A stretch of 64,000 nucleotides of DNA from a virus. The DNA lies in IMG/VR virus record IMGVR_UViG_3300045988_175722, positions 1 through 64,000 of that record; one strand, given 5' to 3'. The position numbers were made by a program, and so were the translations under genes. Below, one piece after another: positions 21,177 through 27,779 of this stretch (its first letter is position 1; every line of letters starts with the position of its first letter). The notes beneath the pieces were generated by a model. That model worked only from the letters and a program-made list of their open reading frames with translations. It had not been told where the DNA came from and made no database searches.

Positions 21177-22634
21177 ATGGATAAAAACAAGCAAATAGAC
21201 AACCGATATATTAATACGCCCTTTGCCTATACGAAGACTCAGAACGGATTGACGTTACTCCAGCAGAACGTGATGGTAAGGGTGTCAGCGCATCTTCAGA
21301 AGTATATCGAGAAGTTTTATAAAGATCCTCAGTTGCTGGCTTCAAAGGATGATCCGAAGCCGCTGATGCACTCTTACGAGAAGGAGCACGTGCCTCCTGT
21401 TCGTATCAGGTTGTCAGAGCTGGGTATTGCATCGAACGTTTACAGCCGTGTCCGAGCGGCCTTAGAAGGCATTCTTGACGTGAAAGTTGAGCAACCTGGA
21501 TATGATGAAGAAGGAAGACCGGTAATGAATATACTTCCTTTATTCAATAGAATAAGTATTCCTGTTACCGACCATGGTACAGTAGTAAAGAAGCGCTTAT
21601 TAAAAGATGACGAGGACTTAACAGAAGTGTTTGTTGATAGAGTTCGTGGTTATGTAGAAATCTCTCTGAATCCTGGGGCAATCGACGACATGTTTAACAT
21701 GAACCTTGGATATGTTACCCACCCGGTAGATATAGCTCGTATAGGCAAGGTAGATAAGATGCCTTTGATGTATTATTTCATTCGTCACAAGATGTTGAAC
21801 TTTAAGAAGGCGAGCACGCAGGTATCTGTAGAGGAGATACGTGACTATCTGGGTATGATAGTAAGAGATTTCGATGGAAACATTATTAAGGTTCAATATC
21901 CTCATTATAGCCGATTCAAGGCTCGTGTGATAGACACGGCACTGAATGACATTAAAAGGGTGTACGAGGCAGGGCAGATAGATTTCTACTTTGAAATGAA
22001 GGAAATTCGTGCATCTGGCAAGAAGATAGGTGAACCTGATTTTTTGGAGTTCAAAAAGGTAGGAACCGTGAAGAATGATAATGCCAAGTATAGAACCAAC
22101 TCCGAGCGCAAGCTAATTGACACCCTGCTTACATCTTATCCTACTCTCGATAAGAGCAGGGTAGTGGCTATCCTTTCAGGCATTACTGAAGACAAATGGA
22201 ATGAGTTTAAGAATTACGCCTATAAAGATGTGCCGAGGATGGCAGAGCAGCCACATCGATGGAACGGAACAAACGAGGAATTTATCTATCACTTACTCGA
22301 GCATTGGGAGAAGGGGCGGTCTGTTCAACAGACAACAAATAAGCCGCCGCAGCAGCTTGATTTATTTGCCAACGTTCTCCCTGTTTCCTCGAAGATAGAA
22401 ACGAAGGTAGGCGAGGGCGCTGATAAATGGAAGGCGTTCTGCAAGCTCATTATAGGCGACGCTGAAAAATCACTGATTTCCCGTCTTTCCTTTGTCGGCA
22501 TGAAGAACGACCGCTTCTGCGTGGAGTGCAGCGATGAGGATTTTGATATGATCCGAAAATTAGGTATCGAGGATAAAGCGAAAGAGTTCTTTGGATGTGT
22601 CGGCTCGTTTGCTCCTGTGTTCTATCGAGGATAG
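21177..22634 (+). CDS. rep: plasmid-type replication initiator (iteron-binding Rep)
   Basis: 485-aa ORF directly downstream of the iterons. The N-terminus NTPFAYTKTQNGLTLLQQNVMVRVSAHL resembles the Rep_3/RepB-type initiator signature by eye. Confidence 0.7.
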   Translation: MDKNKQIDNRYINTPFAYTKTQNGLTLLQQNVMVRVSAHLQKYIEKFYKDPQLLASKDDPKPLMHSYEKEHVPPVRIRLSELGIASNVYSRVRAALEGILDVKVEQPGYDEEGRPVMNILPLFNRISIPVTDHGTVVKKRLLKDDEDLTEVFVDRVRGYVEISLNPGAIDDMFNMNLGYVTHPVDIARIGKVDKMPLMYYFIRHKMLNFKKASTQVSVEEIRDYLGMIVRDFDGNIIKVQYPHYSRFKARVIDTALNDIKRVYEAGQIDFYFEMKEIRASGKKIGEPDFLEFKKVGTVKNDNAKYRTNSERKLIDTLLTSYPTLDKSRVVAILSGITEDKWNEFKNYAYKDVPRMAEQPHRWNGTNEEFIYHLLEHWEKGRSVQQTTNKPPQQLDLFANVLPVSSKIETKVGEGADKWKAFCKLIIGDAEKSLISRLSFVGMKNDRFCVECSDEDFDMIRKLGIEDKAKEFFGCVGSFAPVFYRG

Positions 22635-22693
22635 TGATTAGTGAGCAGTGATTAATGAGTAGTGATTAGTGATTAGTGATTATTGATTAGTGG
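22633..22693 (+). repeat. array of short tandem repeats (GTGATTAGT-like), left arm of a large palindrome
   Basis: AGTGATTAGTGAGCAGTGATTAATGAGTAGTGATTAGTGATTAGTGATTATTGATTAGTGGG. Confidence 0.85.
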
Positions 22694-22754
22694 GTATAGA
22701 GAGGGGCGTAATTTCGGATTGCGCTCCTTTTTTTTGTGTTATAAACGCCAGCTT

Positions 22755-22806
22755 AGTTAATCACTAATCACTACCATCCCCTAATCACTACCCATTAATC
22801 ACTAAC
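22755..22806 (+). repeat. inverted array (TAATCACTA-like), right arm
   Basis: TTAGTTAATCACTAATCACTACCATCCCCTAATCACTACCCATTAATCACTAACC. Reverse-complement sense of 22633-22693. A T8 tract lies between the arms. Confidence 0.85.
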
Positions 22807-22836
22807 CCTTGTCCCCCTCATTTCAGAGAAAATGGC

Positions 22837-22844
22837 TACCTTTG
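22837..22844 (+). promoter_or_regulatory. -7 box TACCTTTG upstream of 22875
   Basis: Exact TAnnTTTG 31 nt before ATG 22875. No clear -33 TTTG. Confidence 0.45.
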
Positions 22845-22874
22845 CACCAGAAATATTAAACGAAATGAAAACGT

Positions 22875-23504
22875 ATGAAAAGGAAAGAGATTATTCATCT
22901 ACTCTTGATAGCAGTAGCGATGATGATGCTTGCGGCATGCGCCTCTTCTCGACGAGTGGTTACTGATAACCATCAGGAGACAAAGGATAGCGTAAAGACC
23001 GTACAGACGGATAGCGTGCATAAGCAGATAACGGCGAACGATAGCCTTGCCACCAAGGTAATCGAAGATAGGCATACCGCAGCCACCTCCACGGAATCGG
23101 ATGAATATGAGGAAACCATTCAGGAGAATATCACCGAATCCACCGATTCTTCCGGTAACAAGCAGAAGACTACCCATCGTACCACTCACCGCAAAGGCAG
23201 CCGCAGCAGCCAGTCTTCCTACGATGAGCGATTGCAGCATCAGCAGCAGGAAATCAGTCAGATGCAGAAAACCATCGATAGCCTTGCCCTCAACAACCGC
23301 AGTGATGTAGGCACCCACTGGGCAGCTACCGATAGTTTATCAGATACGCAGGAAAAGAATACCAAGGATGTAAGAAAGGCTACCTGGCTACAGGCAGCTA
23401 AAAAAAACGCCTTTGCGTTGTTCCTGATATTAGTAATAGCATTGTTATTGACCACTTTTAAAAAGCATAGCGACCATGGGCAAGAAGAAAAAAAACGATC
23501 CTGA
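22875..23504 (+). CDS. lipoprotein/membrane protein, S/T/Q-rich
   Basis: 209 aa. Signal peptide plus lipobox MLAAC-A, and a C-terminal TM helix AFALFLILVIALLLTTF. Confidence 0.7.
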   Translation: MKRKEIIHLLLIAVAMMMLAACASSRRVVTDNHQETKDSVKTVQTDSVHKQITANDSLATKVIEDRHTAATSTESDEYEETIQENITESTDSSGNKQKTTHRTTHRKGSRSSQSSYDERLQHQQQEISQMQKTIDSLALNNRSDVGTHWAATDSLSDTQEKNTKDVRKATWLQAAKKNAFALFLILVIALLLTTFKKHSDHGQEEKKRS

Positions 23505-23778
23505 CATCGTGGATAATGACGGACAGGCAGAGGTAACACTCAATGATTTCGTCATTCCATCAAAAATACTCGCTTTCTCCAGGCAGTTCGAGCCGATGGA
23601 TCACTGGACGGAAGACTGCGAGGTATTCAATGATGCCCGGCTTCGAGAATATTTTAAGGCGATAGTCTGCCCGCTTGGAGACCCGCTTTCTCTCTATCTG
23701 CAGGAGTTAGACTACAAAGGTTTCCACATGCAGCACGACGAGAGCGGGGAGCCGGTTATCTATTGCAGGGCAATTTAA
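23476..23778 (+). CDS. hypothetical protein
   Basis: 100-aa ORF that overlaps the previous gene by 29 nt. Confidence 0.6.
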   Translation: MGKKKKNDPDIVDNDGQAEVTLNDFVIPSKILAFSRQFEPMDHWTEDCEVFNDARLREYFKAIVCPLGDPLSLYLQELDYKGFHMQHDESGEPVIYCRAI

Positions 23779-23818
23779 AAGGTAAAAAGATAAAAAGATA
23801 AAATCTCTTAGCCCTTTT

Positions 23819-23852
23819 GCGTCCTCGTTCCCAGCGATTCCATCGCTGGTCC
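23819..23852 (+). repeat. HP32 hairpin element copy 1
   Basis: GCGTCCTCGTTC CCAGCGAT TCC ATCGCTGG TCC. 40 nt after stop 23778. Confidence 0.85.
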
Positions 23853-23860
23853 GCAAAAAC

Positions 23861-23906
23861 ACAATATTCCGCCGAAAATATATACAATATTTCGCCAAAA
23901 ATATAT
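23861..23906 (+). repeat. 23-bp tandem direct repeat upstream of 23941
   Basis: ACAATATTCCGCCGAAAATATAT / ACAATATTTCGCCAAAAATATAT (20/23 identical). Confidence 0.8.
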
Positions 23907-23940
23907 AATAGATTTCTAATTACTTTAAATACAAGGATTT

Positions 23941-24498
23941 ATGGGTAAAGATAAAAGACCTCACAACTATTTGAAGATAGCAGAGGAGAGTGGAGTAGGC
24001 AAGAAGCTGAAAACCTTTCTTGCCGAGTGCAGTGAAGCAAGCGAGAAGGCGAGAGCCTGGGTAGAGAAGCAGGGAGGCGACATCTATTACGAATCACCCG
24101 AAGGCTTTGCCGGAGGTGTATCGATGGTAGAGTTCCCGACTGCTATCAGCAAAGAAGGCTGGAAAAACATCCAGGTTCCTACTAAGGACGGATGGCAGAG
24201 CACCCATCTCTTCGTACCAGAAGAAGATAGTGACCTGGAAAAGGAAATGATGACGCTTCCGGTGGTGAGCGAAACGGCGCTTATAACCATCCTGCAGTTC
24301 AAACCTAAGATGGCGAAGGGCAAGGATGAAAAGGAAGTGCAACTTCCGTTCACCTTTGGCAATGCCACGCCAGCCATCTTCCTCCATCATGGCTTTTTCT
24401 TCACCGATGTTCCCTATGAGAGCATGAGTAATGACTGCCAGCCCATCTCAGAGAAGGAGTTCCTTCGCCGCAGGATGGCAGCCGTGAACGAACGATAA
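23941..24498 (+). CDS. hypothetical protein
   Basis: 185-aa ORF. The antisense ORFs are treated as shadows. Confidence 0.7.
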   Translation: MGKDKRPHNYLKIAEESGVGKKLKTFLAECSEASEKARAWVEKQGGDIYYESPEGFAGGVSMVEFPTAISKEGWKNIQVPTKDGWQSTHLFVPEEDSDLEKEMMTLPVVSETALITILQFKPKMAKGKDEKEVQLPFTFGNATPAIFLHHGFFFTDVPYESMSNDCQPISEKEFLRRRMAAVNER

Positions 24499-24571
24499 TT
24501 TTTCTTCTGAATTGAATATATTTTAACTAATTCAGCCAGCCGTCCGTGACGGATAGCTGGCTTTTTATTTA

Positions 24572-25282
24572 TCATTCGTCATGGCGCAGTTCTTTTGCCA
24601 CCATGCCGTATCCCGCTTGCGGCAAATTACCTCCATCCTGCTGAGAGTTCAATCGACGGGTCAGTTCACCGATGAGCTTCTGCTGGTCGCCTATCTGCTT
24701 TTGCTGCTCGGCTATGATGTCGAGCATGCGGTTAAGCGTAGTCATACTGATGCCATGCCCCATATCTGGAACATGTGCGCCATTTTCTTCTTTAGCTAGA
24801 GCACGAGCACCCACTTCTTCTTCTCTCTCTTTCTTCTTTCCTCTTCCATTCCAATCACTCTCGCCCCCATTTCCAGCGATTCCATCGCTGGTCCACCCCG
24901 GCACCACCGATTTAATCCTATCCACATCGAGCGGGTCACGGAGCGCACGTGTGCCCAGTTTCCGCTTGGCATCATTCCCCAGATAACCGCCATCCGGCTC
25001 AAACTGGTCTCCCGCACCTGGGCACACATACTCCATCTTGCGGCAATCGCCATCCCCCAACGGGCTGGCATCAACATCCACAATAAAAGCTGATAGCGGG
25101 ACGTGAAACGCATTGCAGAAACGCAGCAGCGCAATGGTAGGCAGTGGCGACTTCATCCGTTCCCAACTATCAAGGCAAGTATTACTCGTAGTACCCATGG
25201 CGCGCATCATCTGCTTATTAGTGATGTCCTTATTGGCTTCCATCCATCTGTTCAGGAAGCTGTAGTTATAACAGTACTTCAT
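24572..25282 (-). CDS. HTH transcriptional regulator (candidate repressor) with coiled-coil C-terminus
   Basis: 236 aa. The N-terminal ITNKQMMRAMGTTSNTCLDSWERMKSPLPTIALLRFCNAFHVPLSAFIV fits an XRE-like HTH. C-terminal heptad-like QQKQIGDQQKLIGELTRRL. Divergent from 25454..25948. HP32 copy 2 sits in frame in the linker. Confidence 0.7.
   Translation of the reverse strand: MKYCYNYSFLNRWMEANKDITNKQMMRAMGTTSNTCLDSWERMKSPLPTIALLRFCNAFHVPLSAFIVDVDASPLGDGDCRKMEYVCPGAGDQFEPDGGYLGNDAKRKLGTRALRDPLDVDRIKSVVPGWTSDGIAGNGGESDWNGRGKKKEREEEVGARALAKEENGAHVPDMGHGISMTTLNRMLDIIAEQQKQIGDQQKLIGELTRRLNSQQDGGNLPQAGYGMVAKELRHDE
24862..24893 (+). repeat. HP32 hairpin element copy 2 (inside a minus-strand CDS)
   Basis: CGCCCCCATTT CCAGCGAT TCC ATCGCTGG TC. 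Read on the minus strand it encodes WTSDGIAGN. Confidence 0.85.
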
Positions 25283-25395
25283 ATTTCAACTATATTTTAA
25301 AGATGAATAACTCTAATATGTTCACTGAAAAATCAATTAATATAACTAACCTATGTTAAATTCCCCTAATTTTCGGCAAAAAAATATAGGTAACA

Positions 25396-25427
25396 TTTGG
25401 TAGTTGCAATTTTATTATTTAAATTTG
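25396..25427 (+). promoter_or_regulatory. Bacteroidota-type promoter for 25454..25948
   Basis: TTTG 25396-25399 (extended TTTGGTAGTT), 20 nt, TAAATTTG 25420-25427. Confidence 0.65.
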
Positions 25428-25453
25428 CACCAAAATTAAGAAATAAAATTGAA

Positions 25454-25948
25454 ATGACAAAGGAAATCTTAGAAAAAATATGTAGAAAAAATACTCCATT
25501 AGAGGTAAATGACATCTCGGTGGAGGAAAAGAAGAACTTAGCTGAGTTTTTATCGGTTAAAGGATTCTCTACATCTACATTCTATCTCAGATTTTTTCAG
25601 AAAGGTTTCGATGCCTGGGAAATTCAGGGTATCAACAACTGCAAAAGTCAGTTCTTAGCTATACCGGATGTAGGTAAGCTATTAGCGGAATATGTAGAAA
25701 CCGATGCCCTGGGTAACGAGATTGGCAAAAAGGGCTATCTCGTAGAGCTCGCGCAGAGCAAAGAACCGGGCGTGTTCTATACCTGCTTGAAGAAAGTAAA
25801 CAACGGTCTCTGCATCAAGTTCTTTGCCTACATGGAAGAGAGAGGCATGAGCCGTACCACCGTTATTAAGCGTTTCACCGCTGACGATTGGAAGCCATGG
25901 GAGCAGGAGGGAATAAAAGCACTTTTAAAGGTAAAAGCCTGTGCTTAG
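25454..25948 (+). CDS. hypothetical protein divergent from the HTH regulator
   Basis: The track ORF is trimmed to MTKEILEK (ATG 25454) because the promoter lies inside the longer ORF. 164 aa. Confidence 0.65.
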   Translation: MTKEILEKICRKNTPLEVNDISVEEKKNLAEFLSVKGFSTSTFYLRFFQKGFDAWEIQGINNCKSQFLAIPDVGKLLAEYVETDALGNEIGKKGYLVELAQSKEPGVFYTCLKKVNNGLCIKFFAYMEERGMSRTTVIKRFTADDWKPWEQEGIKALLKVKACA

Positions 25949-25961
25949 TTAAATCCTCTCT

Positions 25962-25993
25962 CACCCCCGTTTCCAGCGATTCTATCGCTGGTT
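25962..25993 (+). repeat. HP32 hairpin element copy 3
   Basis: CACCCCCGTTT CCAGCGAT TCT ATCGCTGG TT. 13 nt after stop 25948. Confidence 0.85.
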
Positions 25994-26030
25994 TAAGAAG
26001 AATGTAACTACAAATGATAGATGTAACTGA

Positions 26031-26720
26031 ATGATAGACATTACTGTCGATTTAGAAACCTGTTCGCTTTCGCCCACCGCAGCGGTGATGAGCATTGCTG
26101 CGGTGGCGTGGAAGCGCTACGGTAAAGAGTCGCCTTTCTTCGATGAAGGCGACGGAGTATTGAGAAATTCCACATATTCTGCACACGTGGACTTGAGAAG
26201 CATGTTCCTTAACGGGTTCACCTTCGACCAGAGCACGGCAGATTGGTGGGCGAAGCAGAGCGACGAGGCAAAAGCTGCCTTGCTCGACAATGACAGCGAC
26301 GAGTCGCCCTGCCAGCCTATAGACGTGATAGTAAATGACCTCTTCGAGTGGATAGAAGACATCAAGAAGAAACTCGGTGATGAAGACCTCTGCCTTTGGG
26401 CGCAGGGTACTGATTTCGACGTGGCTATTCTGAAATATATCTGCTACAAGATGGGCATTGAGTTCAGAGTTAAACATACCCAGTTGAGAGACCACCGCAC
26501 GTTCTATCTCGAACTTGCGAGAATCTTATGGGATGCAGCCGAGCCTAACGAGGAGAAATTCACCCTCGACAAGGCTTACTCCCTGACCACGGACTACAAG
26601 GACATCGCTGATGATGAAGGTGCGGCTCATAACCCGATCTTCGACTGCAAGCGAAGTATCTATAGCACTTGGCAGATGATGAAGAAGATAAGAGAAGAAG
26701 TTTATGCCTCGTCTGTTTGA
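26031..26720 (+). CDS. DEDDh 3'-5' exonuclease (DnaQ-like fold)
   Basis: 229 aa. The three exonuclease motifs appear in the right order: ITVDLET (Exo I D-x-E), WAQGTDFDVAIL (Exo II) and HNPIFD (Exo III H-x4-D). Confidence 0.7.
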   Translation: MIDITVDLETCSLSPTAAVMSIAAVAWKRYGKESPFFDEGDGVLRNSTYSAHVDLRSMFLNGFTFDQSTADWWAKQSDEAKAALLDNDSDESPCQPIDVIVNDLFEWIEDIKKKLGDEDLCLWAQGTDFDVAILKYICYKMGIEFRVKHTQLRDHRTFYLELARILWDAAEPNEEKFTLDKAYSLTTDYKDIADDEGAAHNPIFDCKRSIYSTWQMMKKIREEVYASSV

Positions 26721-27120
26721 TTTGCCCTATATCCCTACCCGGACGAGCATCCATCGTAGGCATAGAAATCTATCCCGATATAAACTGCTGCACCGTTTCG
26801 CCTATACCGAAACGATGAGCGGGCTAAGGGATGATATACCGACCCTGCTATTCTATGCGCCCTTCGCCCTGTTGAAAGATACCTGCGAGTATCTTTGCAG
26901 GATGATGGCAGGCAGCGTGGAAGATATAATCATCACGCCCTCGCATAGCTGCCGCCGCAAGAACGGCAAGATATACTGGAGGCAGGAGGTGCAGATCATC
27001 GGTCTCGATACCAACTTCCTTACGATGGAAAGTCTCTCGCAGATGATAGTACATCGTATGGAAATTATCTGCAACTGCAAGATACGGCGCTATCGCCTGG
27101 AAACATTCTTGAATTTATAA
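26704..27120 (+). CDS. hypothetical protein (uncertain)
   Basis: 138-aa ORF that overlaps the exonuclease end by 17 nt. No motif. Confidence 0.45.
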   Translation: MPRLFDLPYIPTRTSIHRRHRNLSRYKLLHRFAYTETMSGLRDDIPTLLFYAPFALLKDTCEYLCRMMAGSVEDIIITPSHSCRRKNGKIYWRQEVQIIGLDTNFLTMESLSQMIVHRMEIICNCKIRRYRLETFLNL

Positions 27121-27717
27121 AAATATAAAGATATGAAGAAATAAACAAAGATATACTGCATGACATCATGCGCCATCAGAGATACACTACATTTCTGATA
27201 CGTTTTATTTTGTTAGACAACCAAGCCATCGGTTAAAATGGCAGGAAGACCTGACGGGCGATAGGTGGACGCTGGAAAGCTTCACTAATAAGTTAATACC
27301 CCCCCCACCGCAGTCTTGGAACGATAAGTGAAAAGTCTGATTAAAAAGCCTGAGGAATACCTATCGATGCGGTAAGCGGGGCATCCTCGAAATTTGGCGG
27401 TGTCGCCCCGAAGGTCTTCTTTCTTTGACAATATTGATATAAAGAGAATAGGGGAGGCATTCTGGAAACACTCTTATGCAAGGGTAGTGGGAGCAGTAAT
27501 GTCCCATGACTACGCTGCACACTGCATCTTTGCCGGCACTATGGAGAGACGTGATTAGCGTTATGCCGCGTCTTTGCGTTAGAATATTCAGCGGGCGAGT
27601 ACCACAGATTCACAAATGCTCCGACCGCTCGCTCTAGAATATAACCCGGCAAGGTGTAAACACTTGAAGTTTGGCCTACCCTCTGCGCCCCCGTCCCCAG
27701 CGATTCCATCGCTGGTC
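27121..27717 (+). ncRNA. candidate large non-coding RNA or cis element (ORF-free region ending in an HP32 hairpin)
   Basis: No ORF of 60 aa or more on either strand in the track between 27120 and 27780. Not AT-rich, unlike other spacers. Contains a C8 run (27299-27306). Ends with HP32 copy 4, as protein-coding units do. Confidence 0.3.
27685..27717 (+). repeat. HP32 hairpin element copy 4
   Basis: GCGCCCCCGTCC CCAGCGAT TCC ATCGCTGG TC. 63 nt upstream of ATG 27780. Confidence 0.85.
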
Positions 27718-27779
27718 AATGGTCAAGAGTGGTGCCTTCCCTGTCTCTTTTAACTCTATAAATACTCTTGATGTAAGAT

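Noticed and set aside
20996-21202. 68-aa minus-strand ORF across the right iteron array.
   Set aside because: It is encoded entirely by iterons and the AT-rich origin spacer, and it runs into the rep start. It is an artefact.
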